Source: Bugula neritina (taxonomy: Eukaryota; Animalia; Bryozoa). Taken from it: a stretch of DNA of 64,000 nt. The stretch's first letter is position 1. Every line of letters begins with the position of its first letter. Below are positions 15,744-28,934 of the stretch, one piece after another. A program made the translations under genes and the position numbers. The DNA lies in the NCBI GenBank assembly GCA_964035545.1, contig OZ037765.1, positions 16,368,995 through 16,432,994 on the forward strand, in the 5' to 3' direction. The notes below the pieces were generated by a model. The model had not been told where the DNA came from, did no database searches, and worked only from the letters and a program-made list of their open reading frames with translations.

Positions 15744-16736
15744 ATTACATGGGTAGATAGTTTAAAAATTTCAATACTATCTCATACTGGCCATTCAGTC
15801 ACAGGCTTGCATCACTTACTTTGGTAATATGTTGAGTCATAGAGTTGTACATAAGGCAAAGCAGCAGATACTGTCTTTTCTATCAAATCAACAATTGCCT
15901 TCAGCAAATCTGATTGGACAATAAATTCATCTTTTCTGTCCAACTCTGCCAGTTGAGCTACGTTTAAGTACAATAAATAACAAGTAAAGAGATACACAAA
16001 CAGCCCATATAGTTTACACATATAAATTGCATTCCTATTACTCAACTACTCTTGTACTACAATTATGGTTCTAATAGAAATTCAAACTACAGGGCTAAGG
16101 AACAATATTTAATCAGTGCTACTTAAAAGATGCTAGATATTTTTAACTACTTTAATAATATATAGTAGCATTGTATAAAATAATAATTACTTTTTAAAAT
16201 TAAGCTAAAAATGAAAAAGTTACAAATTTAAGTTACAAAAGGCTCATACCCCAAAAACTAAATAAGTATAATATTGTGTGGTTATTAAGCATGTCACATG
16301 TCTCACTTGCAGATCAATCTTATAGTAGGTATTATAGTGTAACGACCAAAAATATTACACGTAGATAAATACTCTAACTGTTGGTCATTTATTCTATTGA
16401 ATTTTATCTGCACTAATTTCCATTGAAGTCCATAGCACCTGTATAATAATACCTTAAATATGTCCCTTTAGTTAATATATTATAGATTATAGACTAGTAT
16501 TTATCTGTGTGCTTCTTGGATAATTATTGATACTGAGTAAAGATAGGCTCACCTTGTACAATTCTCAGTCCAGTCAAAGCATCCAAGTTTAGAAGTTTGT
16601 AGTGCTCCTCCATGTACAGAACAGAGTTGGTGAGGGCCTGTAAAACTTTGAACTGCAGAGTTTCTTGGCTGGTGTCATTCAGCCCATGTACATTCGAGAG
16701 AAAGCATGTCATCATTATAATTGCGATCAAAAACAT
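8332..16736 (-). CDS. C16orf89: UPF0764 protein C16orf89 homolog, secreted, ~354 aa, 7 exons
   Basis: Exons 16736-16553, 15957-15820, 10740-10533, 10164-10065, 9135-9003, 8815-8681, 8498-8332, all GT-AG and phase-consistent. Signal peptide MFLIAIIMMTCFLSNVHG; family-like motifs LNLDALTGLRIVQ, FSENNSDECL, GYSATHQVYYF, QDLFMEQVGLCG, WVQSILDWQRPSGCYG, VKREERIMTDDCLCHRTTVA. Confidence 0.88.
10249..10322. repeat. (TA)n microsatellite
   Basis: Direct read, one single-base interruption. Confidence 0.97.
11064..11569. mobile_element. Non-autonomous hAT (Buster/Charlie-type) MITE, ~506 bp
   Basis: Termini CAGGAG...CTCCTG; right end AAAAGGTTGGACACTCCTG; 8-bp TSD with central TA, GTCTATAG (11056-11063) vs GTCTAAAG (11570-11577). 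Confidence 0.65.
12187..12385. repeat. Degenerate AT-rich minisatellite (~24-26-bp unit, TATATCATAAAACATTATATATAC-like)
   Basis: Recurrent ATAAAA(C/T)ATT and TATACTATATA blocks. Confidence 0.6.
13608..14900. mobile_element. Non-autonomous DNA transposon with TA flanks (Tc1/mariner-pogo type), ~1.3 kb
   Basis: Left end TA|GGGGTAATGGG..GGAGAGGGGGGGGCACA; right end TGTGCCCCCCCTCCCCCCTGTTACCCC|TA. The internal CCATTGTGCCC motif recurs near 13809, 14546, 14571 and 14870. No transposase ORF. Confidence 0.75.
15606..15741. repeat. Compound (CA)n-(TA)n microsatellite
   Basis: Direct read. Confidence 0.97.
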
Positions 16737-19393
16737 GTTTGTAAATGAAAATGAAGAATTTTCTGAAAATTTATGAGAAGTTTATAATTTAGATGGCGGG
16801 CAATGAAATAGAGTTTAAGGTGTGTCGTGGCAGCTAAACTCAAGCATGCAATAATCAATATATTATTAACTTTGTAAACTTGATTTAATAAACATGATTC
16901 AATAGTCAAAGGTAAGTAGGTAGATTACTTCAACAGGAGAAATCTCTAGGGAAATTAGACCAACTTGCGTGGCTGTAGTAGAGAAAGTCAACAGCAGCTA
17001 CTACCATTTTTAGTCAAACATAGAAAATTTATAACTGCATTTGAAATCAATATATGCAAAACTAAACAATGGTAGCAGTTTTGAAGCACCAGAGTGGTGT
17101 CTATCATATTACTATGTAGCTAGAATCAAAATACACTCTTTGCAAATTCTAATATAGCGTTATTCTAAAACAGTTGTAGTATTTTAGAACATATTGAATA
17201 ATTTATTTTTGGAAAATGAGTGTAATATCAAAACTGGCATCTGTAAAGGTTATCTAATATTACTGCGATGATTACACAGACGGAGCTCTTAATTTTATTA
17301 TTAAAAGTTCTTCTAGCCAACTCAAGATTTGCTAATAATAAATTGTTAGCTCTTCTATACACCATTTTCTTTACTCTTCCTGCTATTAAGAAAATTTAGC
17401 AGGTAGACAAAACAGTCAGTTTCTGAGAGCTGAAGAATTCTAGCAGATACTGTACATCAAAGCTATATTATAAGCCTATTTTTATTTCGTAATAGTCACA
17501 TGCATGCTGTTAAATCAATAAATACTTTCACTTTAACTAATTGCCTATAGAAAACACAAGACAGAAACTGTCTCCTTAACAACTTTTACCAACAATACAG
17601 AATCATCACATTTTACCTGCCAGGCTTAGAAGCTGCACATAGCTTGCTAGGTTTTTTATTAAGCATGTAAAGTAGTGACAATTTAAAATTACATCTTCAG
17701 AGTTGTGCCCTCCTACTAATTATTTAACAATACTATATACCAGCATGTTTATTGGAACTGTTGGCGCAGTCACTACATTTACTTATATAAGTTTTTAAAA
17801 ATATATTTTTAATGAGTTATATTTATTTCAAAAACCCATGTTTGTTACAGTCACAACATGTACAGACTTGAAAAACTCAGTACCAAGTGGTGCTGTAAAA
17901 GAAATTCAGAAGGCTAAACATAGTATAAAGTATAAGATTGTTCTGGTTGACATCACTTCAATAAATAATAGCTAACTAACAACATAAAGAGATTACAATA
18001 AGGAAGAAAAAATAGTTTTTAGGGTGGATCGTTGATATTCAATGTTCCAGTTAGATAACAATTTAATAATCATTCACAATGAGTATGTTAAGGCAACAGC
18101 TTAACAATTATACAATAAATAATAATCTTACAAAAGGAAAATTACTAGCACCAACTCAAAGCCAAAAAAAGTTACAGCATTCAGTTGATCTTTTTAAATA
18201 TACTTAAATTAATTTTTTACTATTTTTGGGTTGTGCCGAATAGTATAAATTAGCTTTGAAGTTTAGTTTGAGTATTTTACCATCTTAACACAATCTAGTT
18301 TTTATGTATGTTTAAAGATTCACTGAAAAATTCACAATTACCTGTCATTATCTAGTATAAAAGTAAGTATATTAGGAAAATAACTTTTCTGATGTAGGAA
18401 AAACTGTTATAAGGCTATATCATATATCAAATGATGCTTTACTAACAAATCTTTGAAACCATTTCCCTTCTTACACTGTTGAGAAAAACACCATGTTAGT
18501 TAAAATCAGCATGTCTTCAGTTTAACTGTAAAAAACAATTTCTAGGTAACAGAAGCTTCTAGCCCCGTAGCAGTTACCAAAAAGCATTTTAAAGCTTACG
18601 TACAACATTGGAATATCAACTTCACGGTACTCCTAAGAGTAGACATAATTTCGGTTTCTGTAGCTTTAGTTTCAGGATTAGAAATTGTAATATTAGTAAT
18701 GATTTCCAATTCAGCTTAATTGAAAATAATCAATTTTAAATGTTAAAATTTGCAATGAATATCATAACCGAACCATATTTTAAATAAGGGTGAAAAAGAC
18801 TAGAAATTTATAAAAGTAGGCAGTAATTTGACTGCATGATAAACTAGACATTCATTAAAATATAAATTCTATTCAACAGAAATGACTTCACTAGCAAAAA
18901 TAATATAATTTGGCTAAAAAGTATCCAAACATACATTACACTGAATAAATAAACTACGTATAATATAATAAATGATGCACATGGTATATCTAGCAATATT
19001 ATCAGAAATCATAATGGGCCTAATGCTCACCAATACAGCAAAAAAAGTGCTTATGGAGACTAGAAGATTAACACAATACACTATAGACTGGAGGATTTCA
19101 CATTCACCAGTTCTGGAAAGTGTAGTTCACATTGTTCAGTAACAGGCAGAGTAGACTCAGAGCAATCTTAACTTCTCTTGGTTTTTAATTAATGTTGAAC
19201 AGTGTGATAAGATTAATAGACAAGATTAATTGGCTGTGATGTAAATGAATGAAGGGTAAAATAACCAAAACCTATGCGAAAGAATAGTCAATTCCTCTCA
19301 TACTACATATAATTGCAAAAGAACTAGTACATGACAATTCTTTGTATTGGTTGGTTCTTGCACCCAGACTTAAGCTGGGATATTAGAGAGTAG

Positions 19394-22300
19394 TTAGGCA
19401 GTGAAAGCTGCTTGCTGACTATGCTTAGTCGCTGGTAAACTGCCATTTATTTTTGACAAAGCATTTTCAGCCTCCATCTCCTGTTTAACAGCTGCAAGAG
19501 CCTGAGCTACCTTTTCATCAATAACTTTTTGAGCTTCATCTGACTTTCCAATGGATGTTTGGGTAGTTGAGGAAGGCTTAACAAAATTATTTAGACTGAG
19601 ATTCATTGTCCGTTTCTGGGGAGTACTCGGAGGAGTAACTAAACTAGACGAAGACGAAGCAACTAAACTAGCAACAGTCTGTTTAGAAAGTACAGACGAG
19701 TTAGCTATTTTGTGGGCTACTAAAATATCTCCCTTGCTAACAGCTTTCAGGTGTCTGGCCGGTGTGAGCAGCACTCCACCACTGATGGTTATGGGATGTA
19801 CGATACTTAGTGCTTGCGCTTTGCTTGTTGATGTACTGGATGCAACACTAGTTAGTGTGCCCTCCTCCTTCACACCTGCATTTAAATTTGCATCCAGGAA
19901 AGACAACTTCTCAGAGGAAGCATTCCTTATTCCCAAGGCAGTAAGACCATGATCTTGCTCAGTGTGCTGGTCCAACTGCTTTGAAGTTTGAAATGATTTC
20001 CCACAAAAACATTTAGTTTTACTGGTCAATCTGAAATATAAGTCAATAAAATTAAAAAATAAACCTAAACATATCATCATATAACTTGTTATGCTAAAAA
20101 AATGCATGTATAAAGAGCATTTCCATTATTTTATTTCTAAATAGCTACAAACACGATAACCACAATATTTTACAAAATATTCAAGGTTTGTCACCAACTT
20201 GCCTGTTGGCAGAATCTTTTCGGTGCGCTGTTTTAGCATGATGCTTGGCTCCATTGATATTCTTATACCGTTTCTTACACCCTTTCACCGGGCAGACATA
20301 GAATTTCTCAGTATCCTCACTACCCTCCACTTTGGCTGGAATCATCCTGAAAAAAAAAACACTGGAATAATTAAATTCTTTGTTTTGAATGCAGGAGGAA
20401 GTTTTGACTCACAAAGTTGACCTGAGAGCAACCGATTGGACTAGTTTTTTCTATTTAATCAACAAATATCCGAACTTCCTGTACGCACTTTGAGAACTTC
20501 AGCCAGAACACATAAAAAATGGCAGCCTACGTTGCGTCAAAGTGTGTCTAGGGGGTAATAAACTTTTGCAAATATAGCAGAAATTCCAAATTAATTCAAG
20601 GCACAAAATTTATTATAAAACAAAATTGTTTGAGTATATAATTCTCGAACAGTATGCAGATGATAGCTAAGGCATATACGAATATTCAAATACCGCATGA
20701 ATGACGTGTGTCAGGGATTCTTCAACAAAAAGAAAACTCTTTTTCAGTTCTTCAACACATATTTGTGACTTTAATATGTTGAATAGAAACACAACTTCAA
20801 GGAGCACAAAGTTAAAAACTACATATTGTATGTAGGAAGCTTTTTAATGGCAGACGGAGGGGGGAGGAGATAAAACTAAAAATATACATATTGGCTTAAG
20901 ACTGTCACCTGAGAAATAGCTGATTGGTCCATTGTTGATCGGCTCCAGCTGTTTCTTTTAGCTCACTTGATAAACTAGTAACAGTGTTTCTACTGGAGTT
21001 ATCATTGATATCTTCCTCTTCAAAGTCATACTCACTACCTTTCATCACACATTACTTACAATGTAACAATGCAGTAAGTATGTAAGTAGTTGCATATAAA
21101 ATTATGTCACAGAAAGTTGTAAACTTTTCATTCTTGGTTTATGCAAATTTTCTAGAGAGCAGCAGTGATCTAGTGCTTAAAGTGCTGGCAATAGTAATCA
21201 CTAGGTCATGGATTCAAAGCCCAACAGAGCCACTGGTGAAGCCAGGAAGAGCATCTGATTATAATTGGTGATGTTATAATTGCTCCTGACCACAACAAAA
21301 TACCTTCAGCAAACGTCAACCATTTACTACCAGGGGTTCTTACAGAGCTAGGGGCTTAAAAAGCGAGCTTTTATGCAAAATTTCTGCTTAAAAATAGTTA
21401 GGGAGAAAAATGCTATAAAATAAAAATAAATATATGTCTGTAGTGAACATAGAGAGCTGAGATCACACAAACACCTGCTAGAATGCCAAGTCATCTCCTT
21501 TTTCTATCTATAAATACTGCACCAAGTATTGTGAAGGTTACTTTACTTTGATGATCTATTTTTATTTCATCTACATACAACTACATTAGTAGAAAATTAT
21601 TATAACTTTTTCAAAACCTTTGAAGATGCGATATTTAAAAATACTTTAAAAATTAAAATTTTAAACACAGCACTGGGTAAATTTGAATTTTAATTTCAGT
21701 TAAAACTGTCAGTTTCTTGATTTTAAACTAGAAATTATTGCATCGAGGATGCTTTCCCCTGCGAAATTTTAGACAGCAGTCAATGGGAATGATTAATCCT
21801 TTTACACTTCAGCTTTAATTTAGGCTTTAGCAACTACTTTGCTATTAGATGACTTACATAAAGGGTGGTAAATGAGGCTTTGGAATTCAAGTAAAAGCTT
21901 TAAATTTGTAATCTTAGATTAGTCACGGGCAGGATTGTTGCCAGTAAATTACCTTTTGAAAGGCCACTGGGTTTATTTAATCAAGCATCACTACTAAAAA
22001 CCGAGATCCATCATTATTACAGCCTTATATAATTTAGGCAAGCACAAAACAAAATTCTTGACAAGTTACTGAAACTTCGTATTTTCATTCTCCAAAGCAA
22101 AGTGAGAATTGAAAGTCATTGAAAGTCAAGACTCTAGTAGAAGACAGTTGGTGTGACCGGAACTACTACTGATTATCATATAACTACTTAAACTGCTCAG
22201 TCACATCATCAACTTTGCAGTGGATCTCAAACATTAGCAATTGATAAATTTATTTAAACGGTGCCAATACAAAGTTGTCAAGCATACAACTTGAAACATC

Positions 22301-25300
22301 TCATAGGCTTTTCAATACAAGATGTGCATTTTTTCAACAAGAATAAAGAGTGCCTTTTTATACCTATAAAACCCTTAAAGAGTTGTGCCTGAAAAAATAA
22401 TAGAGTTTAGGACAAGCTTGGCTATCCCACTCCAATTATCAATGAAAAGTTGAATATCTAAACATTAAATCATGCTGCTTTACTTTTATCATTAAATAAA
22501 TCAAACTGATACATAACACAAAAAGCAATATTGGCTGAAGTATATAAATTTCATATAGAGTAAATGACATTGTGGTGATCTATAACTCTTACATATTGGT
22601 TATTTTATATAGCTTATAACACTGATCAAACCAGATGTGCTATTGAACAAAAAATGTTTTACTTTAAACAGCTGCTTATTGGCAAGAAATTTTCTTGTAA
22701 TATTGCATTTTTAACTTCAAGTTCTAATGCAACACAAATGCAACATGCTAATTAGTAATTACAGATACTGTACAGTAAACTGACCACATATGTCACCTTC
22801 ACAATAAGCTGATACAACAGTTGACATTTTGCCTAAATTTAAGCAGTATTTTACTGCAAACAGTTCAAATATATACAGATGATAATTTTGAAAATGTAAT
22901 TGAAAAGTCTTTTCAGACAGCTCATGTTAGACCCTGAGGTGTCTACTACCGGTAATCATTTACATAAAACAAAACTTCATCTCAACTAAAGCATTTTAAA
23001 AACTATTTTTATTTATAAAATATAAGAGCTTAGATACAATAATTCTAATATGTAGTAGTAATAGCTAAATGCAACTTTTCAATACCACATTTTATCTATG
23101 ATTTGTTTTTTTTTTCAGAATAGACCACCTGTAATTCATATCACTGACACAGATTACTAGCGAGGAGCAACAAAATGTGAAGTGCTATATATATATATAT
23201 GTATCCTTGAAACACTAGCAACTAATGATCATTTCAATCTGCTGGTGTATTCAATAATAGCAGGGCGATAGCCCCAAATTATCTAAAACTCACTCTGTAA
23301 GACTAGTTCTAGATAACTTACTTGTGGGAGTGAGGCTACGAATAGAAGCAGATGTTGACATGACAGAATTGGTCCGCTGCCTCACTTTTTTAGCAGACGT
23401 AGTGGCAATAGCTAACAATGACTTCTTTGGCTTTGCCCCTCCATAGAAACGGAAGATTTTGCTCATAGCAACAGTCTGGGGTTTATTATTCAAGCTATTG
23501 TCTTCCTTTTCTGGATCTACAAACAACAGTATAAGTTTAGATATTGTAAACAATCATGATAATCTAGCCGGAAAATTAAACATATTTTAATTGCCTAGCT
23601 TTCCTAATTTAAGTGCAACCACAGATATAACGATGGTCAAGATTTTCTTATATCATAATTTAAAAAATCCATTCTGTTTAACCAACAGCTTGCCATAGTA
23701 ACAAAAAGTTTTGATTGTACTAAATTTGTTGTTTTCAATCAGATCCACATTTTTAAAGGAGAGTGATGCATTTTTAGCAAGGTTAGCACAACTTCCAACA
23801 GACAATTTAACAAATATTCCACCGCATTATTAATTAACATATTCCATATATACATATATGACTGGCATGCTTCAGCAAGATTAGTGCTTACAATGTAATT
23901 AGCAGTTGGAGCTTTTCAGGACTGCAACAAGCAGTTTAAATAGCATAACCCTGAAGAAAATTATGACTGGGTAATTTTAGGACACACACATTTTGCTATG
24001 AATTGAGTTTGATTAAACATAGAAGCTTAATTTTTAAACTTTTTATGAAGTCTGCACTAATGGAGAAAATTTTTTCTTTGAGAATATGGGGTCATTGATA
24101 AGCTCTTTTGATGCTAGTCAAGAAAAAAAATATAAATAATTTTGGTGCAAGTTTTATTATTTTGCTAAAAGAATCAACGTGTGGCAGAGTCTAAACCAGT
24201 TTTAGAAGTATTAAAAAATGAACTTTTATATTTTTCAAATGTTGGTGAGGCTCCAGCATAAAAAGAATTTGCCAAATATAAGATGGAAGAGACATAGCTG
24301 TGACCATAATTGGATAACACATGACTTAAAAAAGGTGGTCATTAAAAGGTTTCAATGACTACCGGTTTCAATAGTATTTACATTGGTATGACTATAATGA
24401 ATATTTTTAGTTTATTGCAATTTATTCATAGTAACTACCAATAGAATAAGAAGATAAATTAAAATTAATGATATGGTGAGCTAGCACACTAAATTATAAG
24501 TAAAAACACTCGTAACTCTACTCCGTCTAATAACCTTAAAAAAATTCTGAATTAATCTTAGCCAAGATGCAGACTGTATATAATACTATGGTCCTGATAC
24601 TGAAAGCCCAATTTTACACAGGAATAACACAATTTTGTTGTTTTTGAAAGCTGAAGGTATTATAAGTAATAATCTTTAATGGTACCAGCAACTCACCATG
24701 TAAATGACAGCTTTAGTTGGAAATGAGTTTGGTATGCAGAAAGTACAGTGTACTCATATTATCTTGTTTAAAGCAAATAAATAGTTGGTTTAAGGCAGAT
24801 AAGGTATAGACATAGCAGCGGATGTTTAGGTTAAAAATTACAAAAAACTTGATTGACACATAAACTAGTAAAAGTAGAGGCTCCATTGGTATATTAATAC
24901 TTAATAGCATGTACCAGTAGTGTTATCTTCCAAATGCAAATGCGTTACACTAAATGCATTGTTGTGAGGTTTAATATTCAAAAGTAGTTAGCGTATAGTT
25001 GATTTGAAAAAAAGGTATTTACAGATGTAACACTTTAACGATCAAAATCTCAATGCAATATTTTATTAGCTTAGGCATAGGAACTATTTTAAACAGAAAT
25101 ATTTTAAACAAATGTGAAATTCCTAGCTTACCTTTTTGTCATTAAACTACATTTTTAACTTTTCGTCAAACTAGCTACTTTCAGCTTAAATTTAAAAGAC
25201 TGACCTCATGAATAAGGCTGTGATTATGAGCAATCTCAATAAAAAACAATTAAAGAGTACCTACAAGTTTTACAGCAAGAAAAAAATGTAAGATTTGCTA

Positions 25301-26066
25301 TTTCACACTCATCATTTATCTAAATTCCTTACAATTACTCACACTCATACCGACTGCTGTTACAGTTTAATCTAATAATTCAAGTATTCACGTATTTATC
25401 ACAATTTTGCCAAATCTATATCATTATAGTTATATAAAATCAAAGCAGACATTAATAAAAACATAAACATTACAACATGAATTATAATTAAAATAAAGGA
25501 CCTTTATTAGTTTGTACAATATCAATATGAAAATGAATATCAATATGTTTTATATGTAGTATTCAATAACGTGATGATTTATTAATCTAATAAGTAATCA
25601 ATGTAAGTGCTAATGCTGCAGCAATTATTGATCAAATTTTAACTTCAATGAAGAGGCCAACCAAGTTTTTGTATTTTTTAAATTTAAGTAACTGCAAGTG
25701 TATGTGTTATACTTCCATTTAATGACATAAACTAAAAAAATGATAAACTTATACATTATAATCATTATAAGATATATAATAATTATAATATTATTACTTT
25801 ATTGGTATTTCAAATTGAAACTAAAATAAAATTGATTAAGTTGAAGGCAAGATTAAGAGCGAGAGTTTGAGTGACTGTCAGTTGAAAATAAATGATTGAA
25901 ATTAATAATAATTATAATTACCAAGTTGATCATAATTATAACGATAAGAAAAAATTCAGTTTTTACCTATATGAGTTTCTTCTACATGTTGTATAAGCTC
26001 TGCCAATGTTTCGAATATGAGGTTGCAGTTTCTAAACTTGCAACTATTGACCATGAAAAAGGCCAT
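19394..26066 (-). CDS. JAZF1: Juxtaposed with another zinc finger protein 1 homolog, three C2H2 fingers, ~401 aa, 5 exons
   Basis: Exons 26066-25967 (MAFFMVNSCKFRNCNLIFETLAELIQHVEETHI), 23516-23322, 21038-20909 (SEYDFEEE), 20346-20203 (FYVCPVKGCKKRYKNINGAKHHAKTAH), 20030-19394 (KCFCGKSFQTSKQLDQHTEQDH...TAA). All three fingers and the TPTxSEYDxEE motif resemble JAZF1. The last intron needs a GC donor. Confidence 0.92.
20600..20725 (+). repeat. Dispersed repeat shared with 36397-36517 (probable DNA-transposon internal segment)
   Basis: Both copies read CACAAAATT..TTATAAAACAAAATTGTTT...AACAGTATG...GAATATT...GTGTGTCAGGGATT. Confidence 0.6.
21154..21369 (+). mobile_element. tRNA-derived SINE in JAZF1 intron 2
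   Basis: Head AGCAGCAGTGATCTAGTGCTTAAAG...GGATTCAAAGCC (A/B-box-like), body GCCAGGAAGAGCATC...ATAATTGCTCCTG, 16-bp TSD TTTATGCAAA(T/A)TTTCT at 21138-21153 and 21370-21385; similar to the copy at 40898-41120. Confidence 0.75.
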
Positions 26067-26734
26067 TACTCAGTAAATGAGTAAATGTAATGAGTAATAC
26101 TAATTACTGTTGATGTTTGAGTGTTGAAATTTCTCGTAGTGTTACATCCTAGTCCTCACAGTCATACCCATAGTGATAGTCATAGTGATACTGATAGTGT
26201 TGTGAGAATTCAAATTGGAATACAGTTGAACATCTTTAAGTTTAAGTTTTAGTTTATACAACGTCCAATATGCACATGTAAATATTTAGATAAATAATGC
26301 CAAGATTTTTCTATCATTTAAAACTCTGTAAGTGAAAAGAACGGTGATTCTAATAAATCTGAAAGTTATATTTTAAAATTAATATGAATATCAATATGAA
26401 TTTACTAGAGGCAGAGCTTTCGACTACTCGAGTTTACATCTTGATCTTGATGTCTTCGCGGATATCTCACTGATGTCTAGGAATATTCGAAAAAAAGCAA
26501 CATTAAACTTTTGTAAAAAATATTTAATAAAGGATTATAATTAATATATTTTTAAAACATTAAAAATTTTATTTTATAAATAATTTATATATATTCAATA
26601 GAATTAATATAAAAATTATAGTAAGTTGTCCCATTTTAATTAAAGTTTATTTTGGGAAAGGTTATATTGTAGTTTTACTGCATATAAACTAATTCAAACA
26701 ATCCCTATATAGTGTTTCCTGTTTAGTTGCGCAG

Positions 26735-26799
26735 GCTTTCTCTACTACCGGTGGTATCTCAGTTCTGCAAACCGAAGATTGTTTGTCATCTTAGTAGCG
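26735..26799 (+). promoter_or_regulatory. Probable non-coding first exon / TSS region of the subunit c gene, head-to-head with JAZF1
   Basis: Higher-GC island starting at a pyrimidine run (CTTTCTCT) after a very AT-rich stretch and ending at a G|GTAGGT-like donor. The ATG-containing exon starts at an acceptor (TTTTAG|28044), so an upstream UTR exon is expected. Confidence 0.45.
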
Positions 26800-28069
26800 G
26801 TAGGTTTTTTTTTATCCCACTCCATCTGTTCATGCTTATAAAAGCTTTTATTTTTAAAGCACTCTTGTTTTATAGTAATAATTCCCCAAAACTTATCATT
26901 TATATTATTTTGTGTCAATATATATATACAAACTAGTTAACTTTTGCAACAAGCGGAAGCCGGCCGGCTTTTAAATGTTCCTGAATTCTTGCAAGCGCAT
27001 CATTTTTACAATTAATTTATTATACTTTCGCTGTTAGTTTCAGTTTGCATTGAGGTTCATTCTCGGTTATATTTCCACGTATTGATGTAGTGGCCGGTTG
27101 CGCAGATTTGCACATTGAAAAGTGTAACAGTAGCACTAGGCCTAGCAGTAGCACTAGACTGTTCAAATTGAAATTAAGTCATGCCGTTACAGTTACATGC
27201 AGCTTGAGCTATTGGTTTTAAATTTCTAGGAATTCAAAATTTTGCGCTATAAGTATTAGTGTAGCTGTAGGCATAGCTAATGCTATTGCCAAAATAAAAA
27301 ATAACAGTTTCTATTTTCAATTTATTATTAGAAATTATTAAAAATATCATTAGTGATTACAACCGGCTGTCACTTGTTTTGAGTGACCGAGATGCTACTA
27401 AAAGTTAATGAATATCATAGCATCAGCATGTCTATAATTAAATTCTTTTTACAATCTTAATTAGAATGCAAAATTTACTTAGGTGTTTCTATTTTAAAAG
27501 TTATGAATGCTACTCTTAGTTTTATAGTTCAACATCTACTTGACATGAAACTTAACATGCCATTAGTACGTTGGTAAACTTTCAGTGTTAACTCGTGTAA
27601 AAGTGTAAAGCAAATCTTTGACCTTTGTAAGCTTACAGTAACATCAGTCCAACTTTGAAGGTTCAAATCACAATGATTCTTATCGGTCACCTCACTTATG
27701 TAGCTTAACATTTTTCGTGGAAAGATTTTAAAAGCAATCAGGTTCACTCTACTTGAAAATTATATTCCTCTTGAGGAAATATTCTTTGCATCTACAGTTG
27801 GTGTGTGTGCTCTGTACATTTAATCCAAAGATAATCTTTAGATACTTTGGATAGTCATTATATGCATTTAAAAAAACCCTTATTGGTATTATTTTCGTCT
27901 ACTCCAAAAATTATACTTCTTTTTTAAAGATTTTTTCATGAAAATAAATACATATTGACCTTCATCAACATTTCTTGTATCTGCTTACAGATGATGCTAA
28001 AACCGCTTAATATTTTTACTAGATATCAAATTTGTGTTTTTAGGCAAAACTTATTCGCAATTCTCCATC

Positions 28070-28934
28070 ATGTTGATGTGCTCAAGAACTGCTGTGCCAC
28101 TAACTAGAAGCTTGGTGAGTAATATCACATGAAAGGTTACACAGCACTTAAGTTGATCGATATCAATTGTTGACTTCCAAAATGCAGGTTAACTTTAATA
28201 TTTTTTACATATTCCATCATTTATCTTTAGCTTGCTCGCGCTTCACCACGCCCAGTTGTCTGTGCTAACTTCCACACAACCAATATTAGACAGGACATTG
28301 ACCAGGCTGCCAAATATATTGGAGCTGGCGCTGCTACAGTTGGAGTAGCTGGATCAGGTCAGTGTTCTATATTTTGCAATAATGTTGACCAGTACCTATT
28401 TTGGTTCACCTTTCTTGATTTGAACTATCATTCACTTTTCTAATTTGAAAGAATTGTTTAATGGTTGAACAATGGAATTTTAGGTTATTGAATTTAATAA
28501 AAAAGAATATTGCCAATCCTTCGAATGAAAAACATTATGTAATTGTGAATTATGCTTAAATGGGTTTTTTCTTATGTGTTCATGTGCTTATGTTGAAATT
28601 TAAATTTCGACGTCCTTTTACAAACCGGGAATTTTTATAACTTTATCTCAAACTGCATTAAAGTTTTTTCTGAAATATATTCTGTTCCATTATGTACTAT
28701 TTTGCCAAAAGTATCTGAAGCTTCCCATATAATGTTGAAAAGCATGCTTATGTGGATAATGAATTTGTAGGTGCTGGAATCGGTACAGTGTTTGGAAACT
28801 TAGTTATTGGATATGCAAGAAACCCAGGATGTAAACAACAATTATTCACATATGCCATTCTTGGATTTGCTCTATCAGAAGCTATGGGTCTTTTCTGTCT
28901 CATGATGGCATTCCTTATGTTGTTTGCCTTTTAG
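28070..28934 (+). CDS. ATP5MC: Mitochondrial ATP synthase F0 subunit c (lipid-binding protein) precursor, 111 aa
   Basis: Exons 28070-28114, 28231-28357, 28771-28934. 36-aa presequence ending FHTTNIRQ, then 75-aa mature [75 protein letters not shown] with the proton-carrying Glu. Confidence 0.97.

Noticed and set aside
19551-19952. 133-aa plus-strand ORF
   Set aside because: Antisense shadow of the last JAZF1 exon.
21154-21225. tRNA gene (also 41050-41120)
   Set aside because: No complete cloverleaf; followed by a SINE body and bounded by TSDs.
24913-24945. HLHLEDNTT segment as JAZF1 exon 1
   Set aside because: The full first finger with ATG and correct phase is at 25967-26066.
26800-28043. 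Intronic snoRNA in the subunit c gene
   Set aside because: No well-formed C/D box pair with a terminal stem, or H/ACA structure, found by eye.
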